NCBI GenBank assembly: GCA_039096225.1
Contig: JBBPEB010000026.1
Location: 186,001-250,000 of the forward strand
DNA from: Blastocystis sp. Blastoise
Lineage: Eukaryota > Protista > Bigyra: Opalinata
Direction of reading: 5' to 3'
DNA: 64,000 nucleotides
The position numbers and the translations under genes are program-made. Positions within the stretch are counted from its first letter, which is position 1. Each line of letters starts with the position of its first letter. Of the stretch, positions 28,774 to 41,232 are shown one piece after another. The notes under the pieces are model-generated. The model saw only the letters and a list, made by a program, of their open reading frames with translations. It ran no database searches and was not told where the DNA came from.

Positions 28774-31700
28774 TTATTGATTTGTAGAGAGAGGGTTTTG
28801 AGCGAAAAGATTGGTTGGATCTAAATAGATTTGAGGGATTGATGTAACGCTTAAAGGAGATGTGAATTTATTACCTACTTTAGAGCATGGAGGGCTGTTA
28901 GAGTCACATGCTTTCGAAAGAGGATCCGAAATAGTATTTAATAGAGGTTTAGGATTTGATGGAATTGTATTATTTTGTGGAGAATTATTATTTTGTTGTT
29001 GTGATTGAGAAGAAGGAATCACAGGAATAGAAGAAGCATTGTTTTCTTGTTTAGAAGAAACATTCTGTTGAAGATTGTCCTATATAGAAAAATTATATAT
29101 ATATATAAAATAATAGATATATAGAGAATACATATATTGCTAGAAAAATATTAAAAAAAATATATAAAGATTTTGTTATTAAAAGGTTAATAGAACAATA
29201 TATATATACAATAAATGCATTTGTCTGAATAACAGTGAAGTTATTAACAATATGATTTGGTGAATCTACTATAGAAGAAATCAATAGTAGTATATAAATA
29301 GCATAATTATTATTAAGAAAAAGAAGATATATAAAATAAGAATATACATATAATATTTAATAAAATTAAAAAATATATATATATATAATATTTAATAAAA
29401 ATAAAAAAAGAATATATATATACAAGATGTATTATTCGAGAGGAACATAGGTCGAATACGACGAGATGGACGATGAATTAAGATGTTTTCAGGAGATTTC
29501 AGTTTCTGATCTTGATTATTATGTATAAATTGAGAATTCTCATGAATTGATGTAGAATGTTCACTGTATATAGAATTAGGAGAAGTGATAGGAGTATGAA
29601 TAAGTAATGATGAATTCATAGGAATAGAATTAGTAATTGAATTAGTAATTGAATTAGGAATTGAATTTTGAATTGAATTAGTAATAGAATTAGAATCCTG
29701 TGATAAAGGTATAGATGTGATTTGTTGAGAATATTGAGTATAAAGAGGTACTGATGATGGTTTGTAAATAGATGGTTGTAAGTATGTTGTTAGAGGAGAT
29801 GAAGGAGAAGGAGAAGGAGAAGGAAGTATAGATTGAATAGTATTTGTATGTATAGTGTTTTGAGAATAGGAAGGAGAAGGAGAAGAAGAAGGAGAAATAA
29901 TAGTAGCATGTATATATTGAGGTGTTGAAATAGTATTATAAGGAAGATGAGATGATAAGGGTGTAGATATATAATTAGATATAGATTGAGAAATAAGTGT
30001 ATTATTAGTATTATTTGGATTTATAGGATTCATAACATTATTCATAACATTATTATTATTATTCATATTATTATTATTATTATTCATATTATTATTATTA
30101 TTATTATTATTCATATTATTATTATTATTATTATTATTCATATTATTATTATTATTATTAATAGAATAAAGAGGAGTAGAAGGAGGAGTAGAGCGGGAGA
30201 TAAGCGAGGGAACTAGGGGCATTAATGTATTTTGATTGGATATACTAGATGAAGTGAATGTATTCATTGAATTTGATTGGTTTATTTGAGATGACGGAGA
30301 CATGTAAGATAATGATTGAGGAAGAGATGTATTCCAACTATATATATATATATATTTAATAAGGAATGATGGGAATATTTAAAACATTGTAAACAGTATA
30401 TACATAAAATTATAATTATATATATATACATAAATATTTAAAATATATATATATATACGAATAATGAACACAGAATTCTTTAGGGCAATTCATCAATATA
30501 TATATTTGTTCAATTGTCATATTAAACTCATTTTCTTTCCAAAAAGAAGGTACAGAACTGATTGTATTATCTTTTTGAGTATTATAAGTATAAGAAGATA
30601 TATATAAAGTATAATGATAAGTATCTATAATTTGTTTCCATTTCTTATAACAATGTTTCATAACTATATTCATTTGACGACCTTTGGGTATCACTAACTA
30701 TATATATATATATTATTGTTATTTGTATATACATGTATGTTATATCAATATACGTATTTATAAAAAAAAATTAAAATAAAATTATATAGACTATAGAATA
30801 AAGTATAATATAGAGTCATTAAAATGTATAAGACTATATATATAGGTATATACTTCTAATAGTGGATTATAATTAAAGGATGCCATTAATGATTGTGTTT
30901 GTAAATCTAACGGATGGAAACGTAAATGATATTGCATAATGCGACTAATCTTTCGACGTAATTTCTTATCTTCTTTTACTTTCAATTGATTTGCTATATT
31001 AATAATATTATCAGATATATTTTATGTAATAGTTAATATAGTATTTTTAATTATATATATATATTATTATATATAATACAATATTAAAACTGATGAATAT
31101 AATTTTAAATAAAAATTTAAAAACATTTTTTTTATATATAATTATATATATATATACCTATATCATCAGAAATAGGAAGAGGAGGACAAGAAGGAGGTTG
31201 AGATAGAGCTATTGACTGAACACCTGAAGAGCAGGACGTTATTGATATCTACACAAAATATAATAGTATATATAATATAATATAATATAATATAATAGTA
31301 TATAATAGTATATAATAGTATAATAACATATAATAAAATAAAATATATATATACACTATCTTTTCTATCTTTCTGTGAGGTAGCAGTTACTGATTGAGAT
31401 ACTATAATATAATAATAATACATATATATATCAAATAGAAATACATTTTTCATTGTTTTGTTTTGTATTTTTCTTTGGAGTTTTAACTCTTTTCTTTCTA
31501 TATATACATATATAGATAAATAACTATAACTATAAAAAAATACTTTTCACTTCGTTTAGGTGTATTTAATTTACTATTTTTGCCTTGTTTATTATTCTCT
31601 TCAGTATTTTGTAATTCTTCGTTATTATCATTCTTTTCTTCATTAAGCATGATTTGACTAGAAATCTGATTTTGAGAAAAAATATCATTCTTTGTTGAGG

Positions 31701-32121
31701 CTGAAGAATTATATAATTCAGATGTTAAGAATTCGTTTGGATCCATAGTTTGATATTCAGAGAACTAAATAAAATGAAAACATATTATAAGAAAACAAGA
31801 AAAAAAGGAAAAAAAAACAAATACCAAAGGATGAGAGTCTAAGCATTCATTTGCACTGTGAATAGAGAAATCGCAAGATCCACATCGTTCCGTATCGTTC
31901 CATAAAGGATCTTCAGTGAAATTTAGTGACTGTTCATGGGATACCGCCGAATTCAATGGCAACAAATTATTTTCGTTTGCAAATGATGGGATACAGCTTA
32001 GACTGTTACCTAACGTATTTAGCTCAAATCCAGACTGACCATCAAGAGAATTAGGAAACAATGGAATCTGTTCTTCGTTGAGAGAAAGGTCCTGTATTGT
32101 TGAAAAGTTCATGTTATTCAT
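28774..32121 (-). CDS. Hypothetical low-complexity (S/P/N-rich) protein with a central folded segment, possibly nuclear
   Basis: Spliced frame traceable over GT-AG introns. It has a basic KRSEKKKRVKTPKK NLS-like stretch, a central LRRKISRIMQYHLRFHPLD...CPKEFCVHYSW segment and a poly-N/M tract. Confidence 0.6.
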
Positions 32122-32486
32122 TCTTATATTGATTTATAGGAGAATATTTGAATATCACAAAGTAATAACTAAAATAACAAGTGGAGACTATTTCAAACTT
32201 CTTCACTTAAAAAAATGCCTCTTTTTTGTCGTGGGAAAAGAAAAAGGTGGGAAAGAGTTGAAGCGCCAAATTATTTGATTGGTTTATCTGTCAATTTCTG
32301 TCTTTCTATTAGAGAGATATCCTAAACTCTCCAATGAATTCCACCGTGATTCTTCTTTTTTCGTAGCAAAAAAAAAGTGGCAAAAAAAAACATGGGGTTA
32401 AATAAAAAAATACCAAATGGAATAATTTGATAGAATAGGAAAGATTCATTGGCTTCATAACATAAAATTAAAGATGAATACATATA

Positions 32487-32988
32487 CAGTGCTTTGCAAT
32501 TTACAATTGCACTGTTTGCAAAATACTTTGGCTTCAAATTTTTTAAAAAATCATGAAAATTTTTTTTTGCAAAATACTTTGGAAGCCAATTTTTTTTTTG
32601 CAAAATACTTTGGCATCATGAAAAATTTTTGCAAAATACTTTGGATTTGACTTTTTGCAAAATACTTTGGCTTTGACTATTTGCAAAAAACAATGGATTT
32701 TTTTCAAAAAACAATGGATAATTTTGCAAAAAACAATGGATTTACATATATATATATTAATAAAAATTTTTATTGGGAGACTACTATAAGGTCAACCAAA
32801 ATTGCCCTAAAAGCCGATTCAATTTTTCTTTGATTTTTTATAGTCGGCTTTTAGGGCAATTTTGGTTGACCTTATATGACTTTGGGAATATTTTTTTTTA
32901 TTTTTTTATTTTACTTTAAAATGACGTTTTTAATGAGATTCGTGTTCTAAAAGAACATTATTTGTGTTTTTTATGTTACAATAAACAA
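32487..32988 (+). repeat. Left TIR (502 bp) with 8 sub-repeats and an internal hairpin
   Basis: TTTGCAAAATACTTTGG at 32515, 32566, 32597, 32628 and 32654. TTT(G/T)CAAAAAACAATGGA at 32680, 32701 and 32723. Confidence 0.95.
32785..32876. repeat. 92-bp hairpin with perfect 33-bp arms (MITE-like), mirrored at 34542-34633
   Basis: TATAAGGTCAACCAAAATTGCCCTAAAAGCCGA, a 26-nt spacer, then TCGGCTTTTAGGGCAATTTTGGTTGACCTTATA. Confidence 0.95.
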
Positions 32989-33055
32989 AACAAAATTTTA
33001 AAAAACTGAACAAATTTATATATAATATATATATAAAGTATATATAAATAACTGT

Positions 33056-34336
33056 TTATATATCATCTCTGTTCATAACCTTAGGCCAAACGTTTCGGAT
33101 AGTTCCTTGGATAGTTGCACGAACTTCCATTGGATTAATCGAACGAAAATGATTTCCAATCTTATTAACCAAATCTTCAAGATTTGTAAAGATCTTCAAA
33201 TCATTTTCAGCACGAGTTTTCCAGAATCCAAAGACTTTTTCTATTGGATTAAGTTCAGGACTATAAGGAGCTCCAAAAACTAGTTGATGACCAGCTTCAC
33301 TAACCTTAGCAGCAACACCAGGATCGTGATGAATGGATGCATTATCCAAATAAATCACATGACTACCAGTACCATTGAGGGAGTTCAACAATCCACTTAA
33401 ATAGGATTGAAAGATTTCAGCATTAACGGATCCATGAATTAACTCAGTATAACCAACACCTAAAGTAGAAATAGAAGTAAGAGCAGTTATACTTAAAGCA
33501 CGAGAGTTACAATTATCAAATGCTTTTTCACCTCTTGGAGAACGCAAATGACGATGAACTAAACCAACTTCCCAATGACTTTCATCAACATACACTATCA
33601 TATGACCACGAGATTCTAATAAGTTCAATTTTTGAATAACTTCTATTCTCTTTTCTTTATTAGCAGCAGTATTACTAGCAGGTTCTCTATGAGAAGCAAG
33701 TTTAATAGTAAAAGCAGGTTGACCATCTTTTTCCATACCAAAACGAAGATGTCTAGAAATAGTAGAAATAGAAGCATCAATAACACCATTATCTTCTTCT
33801 TCTTCTTCTCCTTGATTATCTTCTTCTTCATTTATTGGTTCAGGAGTAGCTAATTTCGTAGACATTTCAGTAAGTGTTATCTTATTGTTTTCTCTAATCA
33901 TCTCAGTTAATCTTATAGAACCATTAACAGTAATTAACTTCTTTCTTCCTTTCTTCACACTTGATAAATCAATAGAACCACCATCACGAAGTATCTTAAT
34001 GAAAGCAGATGTTTGTTTCGGTTTAATACCAGTTTTAGTAGAATAAGTAAGAACAGACCATGTTTCACCATGTTCAGAATAGTATCTTCTTAACGCATCA
34101 CGTTGAATTTGAGTGACTTTAACATAAATACGTTTAGGAGCAATAGGAACAGTAGGAATTGTAGCAACAGGGTTATTAGCAGTTTGAATAGGAGGAAGAG
34201 CTTCAAAAATCATTGGAACAGATGGAGCAAGTTCAAAATCAACAGATTCTATTGGTTGAGGAATAATAGGAGGAACGGAAAGTAAGTAATCAGCACGTGA
34301 ATCAGGGTTAGTAACGTCAGCAAAAAAGAGAGACAT
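33056..34336 (-). CDS. DD34E transposase (IS630/Tc1 family), intronless, 426 aa from the first ATG
   Basis: VYVDES, YLDNASIHH and PYSPELNPIE, with 34 residues between D and E. KKGRKK linker and SISTISRHL helix-turn-helix. Confidence 0.96.
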   Translation of the reverse strand: MSLFFADVTNPDSRADYLLSVPPIIPQPIESVDFELAPSVPMIFEALPPIQTANNPVATIPTVPIAPKRIYVKVTQIQRDALRRYYSEHGETWSVLTYSTKTGIKPKQTSAFIKILRDGGSIDLSSVKKGRKKLITVNGSIRLTEMIRENNKITLTEMSTKLATPEPINEEEDNQGEEEEEDNGVIDASISTISRHLRFGMEKDGQPAFTIKLASHREPASNTAANKEKRIEVIQKLNLLESRGHMIVYVDESHWEVGLVHRHLRSPRGEKAFDNCNSRALSITALTSISTLGVGYTELIHGSVNAEIFQSYLSGLLNSLNGTGSHVIYLDNASIHHDPGVAAKVSEAGHQLVFGAPYSPELNPIEKVFGFWKTRAENDLKIFTNLEDLVNKIGNHFRSINPMEVRATIQGTIRNVWPKVMNRDDI

Positions 34337-34429
34337 GTTTAATAAACAAGTAAGCAATAGTATGAAGTGTTAATATAGGATATAGTACAAAATTCCTTTT
34401 AAACAACGAATAGAATTAATGATTAGAAG

Positions 34430-34931
34430 TTGTTTATTGTAACATAAAAAACACAAATAATGTTCTTTTAGAACACGAATCTCATTAAAAACGTCGTTTT
34501 AAAGTAAAATAAAAAAACAAAAAAAAATATTCCCAAAGTCATATAAGGTCAACCAAAATTGCCCTAAAAGCCGACTATAAAAAATCAAAGAAAAATTGAA
34601 TCGGCTTTTAGGGCAATTTTGGTTGACCTTATAGTAGTCTCCCAATAAAAATTTTTATTAATATATATATATGTAAATCCATTGTTTTTTGCAAAATTAT
34701 CCATTGTTTTTTGAAAAAAATCCATTGTTTTTTGCAAATAGTCAAAGCCAAAGTATTTTGCAAAAAGTCAAATCCAAAGTATTTTGCAAAAATTTTTCAT
34801 GATGCCAAAGTATTTTGCAAAAAAAAAATTGGCTTCCAAAGTATTTTGCAAAAAAAAATTTTCATGATTTTTTAAAAAATTTGAAGCCAAAGTATTTTGC
34901 AAACAGTGCAATTGTAAATTGCAAAGCACTG
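34430..34931 (-). repeat. Right TIR (502 bp)
   Basis: Reverse complement of 32487-32988. Confidence 0.95.
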
Positions 34932-35242
34932 TACTATTCATAAAGTTAAAATAAGACATAATCAAGACTACAATCTGATTGTTTCAATAGAATATTCTTG
35001 TTGAATAATCAGATACATATGCTTATTCATTATTCAGAATAATTGGAGTAAAGAAATAAATATGTTCTCATGAAAAACAAAAAGGATTCAAGGAGATAAT
35101 AAGAAATTTACAAAAATACCTGAATGAAAAACATAATGATTTATTAAAACATAGAAAGTTCTGAACTGCCGGAGCAATTCAATCAAAAGAAAAGTCAAAA
35201 ATATGAAAAAAAAATAGTAAATAATGATTCTTAGAAAAGGAA

Positions 35243-36755
35243 TTACTTTCCAAAACGTCGTTCTCTATGAGAGAGTTCCATTAAACATCGTTTGAAGATA
35301 TCTTCATCGAATTCTGGCCATAATTCATCAACGATAACAATTTCTGCATATGCAATTTGCCATAGTAAGAAATTAGATACACGATATTCACCTCCAGTTC
35401 TTATTAATAAATCAACATCTGGATCTCCTTTAGTGGAGAGACATTCATTTATTTCTATAGAGATAAAGAATAAAGAATTAAAAATAATAAGATTCTAATG
35501 GTATTATAAAATGAATATGTAGATAATTATATATAATTATATATATATCAATATACGTTGTTCAATAGAATCATAAGAAAGTTCTCGGTCATCTTCTCGA
35601 TATCGTTGAATAATATTCATACATGCCTATATATAGTGCATATATATATAGAAGAATATTATGATTAATATATATAATAAAATAATAATTAAAAACAGTA
35701 TCAGGTATATTATGGTATATATTGTTACATAATATATATTAATTGTGTATTCAATATTATTTAATATATATTATTATATGATTTATTTAATATATATAAC
35801 ATAAAACTCAATAATATATACATTATACAAAAAAAATATTTTATTATAAAATATATAATACAAAAAACTGTACATATATATTAAATAAGCTACATATATA
35901 TATATATATACTTGTGAAATATCCCATTTTCCACTATAATCTAAGCATACATTAACAGTAAGGTGTGTTTCCTCCTTTGTTAATTCTTCTAATTGGTCCA
36001 TTTTAAACACTAATTCTGGAGTTAAACGGTCACGTAATCATATTAAGAAAGAATATCATTATTCGTCATATATAATATATACGAAAAATAGAATATATAT
36101 ATATATAAATTAAATTCACATATATATTATAATATACTTTATTTAAAACTAATTTATGGTATAGATATTTTTTTAATTATTATTTATATATTTAAAACAT
36201 AATATTTATAAAAAAAAAACTATATATATATATATATATATAATTTAAAAGATATGTCTACCTTTGAATAAAATACGAACTTTCTTTTCAGTTGTTTCTG
36301 GATGAAAACTGCTTAAAAGAGAATCAACAAAAGAACCAAAAAGTTGCATTAAATCGTCTACCTATAATAATAAATTATTTGAACTCTATTATTTATAAAT
36401 AGGTATATATACTTCTTGTGGAGTTCTTTTCCAATTTTCGGTTGAAAAAGCATAAATAGTTAAAAACTATGAACAAATATAATATAAATTGTGTTTCATG
36501 ATAAAATACAGGTATGTTGTGATCATAAGCAAACGTTAATGTCTTCTTAAGAGCTTCTACACCTTCTTTATGACCTTCAATTGTTTGTTTGCCATTCTTT
36601 TTTGCCCAACGACGATTCCCATCCATTATAATAGCCACATGTTTCTATATATAAGTATATATATATTCTTATTAAAATAAGAAAAACATCATGCGACATA
36701 CCACTTTTTTCGTTATTTCTTCAAGGATTATTTCACTATTAGAGTTTTCTGACAT
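35243..36755 (-). CDS. uppS: cis-prenyltransferase, UppS-like homomeric type
   Basis: [64 protein letters not shown] and RERRFGK*. Confidence 0.93.
36034..36255 (-). other. U12-type AT-AC intron (222 nt)
   Basis: 5' end ATATCTTTT and 3' end TTTCTTAATATGATTAC. Removal gives [12 protein letters not shown]. Confidence 0.85.
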
Positions 36756-37940
36756 ATCCAATGGATCTCTACTCAATTTGTTTACAATACGAAGTCTTTT
36801 AAACAAAAAAAAAGAAAACCAAACGTCTTTTCTAATAGAACAACTCGCTGTTTTTGAAAAATGGAGAGACAACAACAACTTCCAGTTTGCGAAAAATGAC
36901 TGAAATACTAGAAATTCCCTTGGAAAATGAGCATTGAATAATAATTCCTTTTTTGACTCTTCTGTAGTCAAGTAGTGAAGAGATAGATATAAGAGATATA
37001 GATTGTGCTTTATTGACTTATTATATTTGTAGTTGCCAATAGAAAGACGTAGCTCATAATCTTTTTTCAGTTATTTCTCTTTGTTTTTTTAATATTTTTA
37101 CATAGTATCATGGTATAGTATAGTATTTATTCTAAGAAGTGATCTAAAAGATACAGCAGAGTCTTAAGATAATATGATTTTGATTACTTTTCTTTAGTTC
37201 TCTCAATTATACAGGTATATACATTAATTTGTTCAAATAACAACTCTTATGAACCAGAAAGTTTAAAAGAAATAGTAAATGAATGGTTCTTGTACAATAT
37301 TTAAAAAAAAAACAAAACATGCTTATTCTTTTCATTTTCAATACATATAACTCTCTTTGTATTATAGGTCACCTTAGTTCCAAAAAGTAATTACTGAATC
37401 ATTCTCTTAATATGGAATACACGGAAGAATCATCGAGGAGATTCTTTTTAAAAAGCAAATTAGACATCAAAAATCTCTTTTCAACAATTGACAATCATGA
37501 TCCCACTGTCAGAAAGATTCAAAAATAACTATACTTTGTGTATTATTTCTCAATACCCTCTTCAGCATTCAATGATCTCTTTCATTACTTTTAAATGAAA
37601 AGAAAAAGAGTAGAATAGTAAATGTTTTAAATACTACAAAAAAAAATATGTACATTCAATCCTCTATACAATAGCATAACACAATTGAATACAAAAAATA
37701 AGATATAAATGAATAGTTCATAAGAAAAACAATAATCAAGGATAAGAATTGTTGAATGTGCGTCATACAAATGAAAGAAAAGGTACACTTTTGTTTTGTT
37801 GAGATAACCGTGGTTATCTTACAAAAGATTGGGAGTAAAAAATAGTCGATAATAACGATGGCAGCAAAAGAAGGTCAACTAAATAGAGGTGATGGTTCGT
37901 TAACTTTTTATTTATAAAAGTCAATATATATATAACTAAA

Positions 37941-39030
37941 ATGCCTGCAGGTAAAGTAGATGTTGTTTTAGGATCCCAATGGGGTGATGAAGGAAAGGGA
38001 AAATTAGTAGATACCGTTGGTTGCAATTATGATATTTGTTGTCGTGCTACTGGTGGTGCTAATGCTGGACATACTGTCGTTGTCGATGGTAAGAGTATTG
38101 CTTTCCATCTTATTCCTATTGGTCTCTTACAACCCTCTAACGAATGTATTATTGGTAACGGTGTTGTCATTAATATTCCTTCTTTCTTCGATGAAGTAAA
38201 GCAAATGAATAATCTTGGTCTTTCCGTTGTTGACAGATTATACATTTCTGATCGTGCTCATATTGTCTTCAATTTCCATCAATTATGTGATGGTATTGTT
38301 GAAGCTCATAAGGGTGCTAATAAGATTGGTATGTATATATTATTCTTTTTATAAAGTGGTGAATGGAAGTTTTTTTTAAATAGTTGTGATTTTTTTTAAA
38401 TATAAATATATAATTATATATAAATATATATAGGTACTACTAAGAGAGGTATTGGTCCAACTTACGCTTCTAAGATGGAAAGAGTAGGTATTCGTATGGG
38501 AGCCTTAAAGAATTGGGATGCTTTTGTTGAAAACTATAAGAGTCTCTTAGCTGCTGTATATATTATGTTTATTATTATTATGTTTATTATTATTATGTTT
38601 TTTTTTTTATTATTATTATTATGTTTATTATTTATTATTATTTATTATTTATTATTATTTATTATTTATTATTATTTATTATTATTTATTATTATTATTA
38701 TGTTTATTATTATTATATTTATTATTTATTATTATATAGTTCCAAGAACGTTATGGTCCTTTTGAATATGATTCTGAAGGTGAATTAGCTTTCATTAAGA
38801 GCCATTTACCTGAACTTGTTCCTATGATTAAGGATACCGTCGAAATACTTAATAAAGCTTTAGCTGATAATAAGAAGGTTCTTGTAGAAGGTTGTAACGC
38901 TATTATGCTTGATATCGATTTCGGTACTTATCCTTTTGTTACTTCTTCTAATGCTTCTATTGGTGGTATTCTTACTGGTATATTATATATATAATGAGAA
39001 ATATTCATTTTTTATAATAATTTATATATT

Positions 39031-39062
<32 letters not shown>

Positions 39063-39183
39063 TAGGTTTAGGTATTGGTCCTAAGAAGATTGGTACTGTT
39101 TGGGGTATTGTTAAGGCTTATACTACTAGAGTTGGTGAAGGTCCTTTCCCTACTGAATTATTAGTATGATGTTTATTCTTATA

Positions 39184-39223
<40 letters not shown>

Positions 39224-39704
39224 TAATACATATATATATATTCATATTATGATATATAATACTAATAATATATAAAATGATTTAGGTGAACATATTCGTC
39301 AAGTAGGTCATGAATTTGGTGCTACTACTGGTCGTCCTCGTCGTTGTGGATGGTTAGATATCACTCAAATTAGTTATTCTAATGCTATTAATGATTATGA
39401 TTCTGTCTGTTTAACTAAATTAGATGTTCTCTCCGATCTTGATGTCATTAAGATTGGTGTTGCTTATAAATACAACGGTGAAATCATTAATACTTTCCCT
39501 GCTGATCTTGAAGAATTAAAGAATGTTGAAGTAGTCTATGAAGAAATGCCCGGTTGGAAAGCTGATATTTCTAATTGTCGTACTTTTGAAGAACTCCCTG
39601 AAAAATGTCAACAATATGTTCGTCGTATTGAAGAATTAGCTCATATTAAAGTTCAATTCATTGGTGTTGGTGCTGATCGTGATTCTGTTATTACTCTTTT
39701 CTAA
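37941..39704 (+). CDS. purA: Adenylosuccinate synthetase, 5 exons
   Basis: [56 protein letters not shown] and [14 protein letters not shown]. Confidence 0.98.
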
Positions 39705-40059
39705 AGAATATGTAATCTATGTATTCTTTATTATTTTTTTTTTATTATTTATAAATTAATCTTGAGCTACTTTATTATACTCTTGTATATACTATTTATT
39801 TGTTTTTAACTAGTAGTATATTCTCATAATCATTCTTGTTTTGTTCCTCTATTTGCCATTATTTATAAAAATAAAAATTGGACTACTTAAAAATATTATT
39901 AAAAATAATGCTAGCAACGTAATCTATATAAAATTTCGATGTTGTTTCCTTCAATATCAATAATACATTTTTTTTTTGTTTATTGAAAAAATAATAATAT
40001 ATAACAAAAAGCAAATAATATATTCTGGATCTTAATGTTGAGAAGTTTGATTAAATCGT

Positions 40060-40407
40060 TTACCAGTCATCATCATCATCACCACCGAAGAGACCACCAG
40101 CACCACCTAAGTCTTCTTCTTCTTCTTCTTCTTCTTCCTTCTTTTCTTCTTCAGCAGGAGCAGCAGCAGAAGCGGCACCAGCAGCAGGGGCAGCAGCAGC
40201 AGCACCAGAGGGGACAGAAGCGAGCTTTTCAGAACCAGCAGCGATTAATTCTTCAAGATTCTTACCTTCAAGATTCTTGATGAGGTTGTTAAGTTGATCT
40301 TCATTAGATTCAATACCGACAGATTCAAGAAGAGTCTTGACGTTATCAGCAGAAGGAGTAGTGTTTCCACCTAAAACTAAGAGAAGATAAGCGGCTAAGT
40401 GCTTCAT
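40060..40407 (-). CDS. RPLP2: 60S acidic ribosomal protein P2
   Basis: [15 protein letters not shown]..., [13 protein letters not shown], Ala-rich hinge and acidic tail; intronless. Confidence 0.96.
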   Translation of the reverse strand: MKHLAAYLLLVLGGNTTPSADNVKTLLESVGIESNEDQLNNLIKNLEGKNLEELIAAGSEKLASVPSGAAAAAPAAGAASAAAPAEEEKKEEEEEEEEDLGGAGGLFGGDDDDDW

Positions 40408-41232
40408 TAATAGATTATGAAAAAAAATTATTAATTGTTTGTAATTTCATTTGATAAACAACAAGAACATCATAAAATCATCACTAAATACATAATAATT
40501 ACATACTATAACAAGAATTGACCAGAATAAAATTATATATTCTATACTAACTAACAGAACCAGCGAAAAAAAAATTATAAAACCATTCATTGGGAGGGGA
40601 TAAATCAAGTTATTAGTATAAACGCAATACAAAATGAAAATCCAGGGGGTAAATATTTATTAATAATCAACAGTCGGCGTTTTTATCATATAATCGCAAC
40701 TATTCTTTTATTATCACCACAATAAACTATTTTTCCATGGTTCTCCATATTTGTTAAAAAATATTTTTTGGTCTTTTATCATTTATGATTATTTTAGTTT
40801 TATTAGTAGGATTTCCATAAAAAGCATGATTCCATTTAAAGGTAAAAATCACTTTTTGTTTGAAATCATAAAGGTCTTCAAGTTCATGTTGATGATGTTT
40901 TGTGATTCGATAACTTATGTTATTGTGCAATTAGCAAGTAAGTAATACATTGGAAGAGGTAAAAATGAAAATTTAGCTTTGCAATTCATTTAATTTATCT
41001 AAATATGTCTTTATTTTTATTCATAAATCTTCTCATACTTTACATCATAAAATGATAATAACTCTTCATTATAAATTCAATATTTTTATAAACAATTTCT
41101 TTGTCGTGTTTCTATAATATACATAGTTCATGTTTCTTCTTTATTTAATATAGATAACAAATCGCGAAGACAAAGACAATTTATTATGATAAAAGAAATA
41201 GTTTTTCTTTTAATTTTATTCTTGTTATAACT

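Larger units (their letters stand above)
32487..34931. mobile_element. Intact Tc1/IS630-type (DD34E) DNA transposon, 2445 bp, with TA target-site duplication and 502-bp TIRs
   Basis: TA|CAGTGCTTTGCAATT ... AATTGCAAAGCACTG|TA. TIRs 32487-32988 and 34430-34931 are near identical (2 substitutions seen) and enclose a single transposase ORF. Confidence 0.97.

Noticed and set aside
32322-32603. ORFs within the transposon TIRs (also 34768-34965)
   Set aside because: They arise from the TIR sub-repeats and show no protein features.
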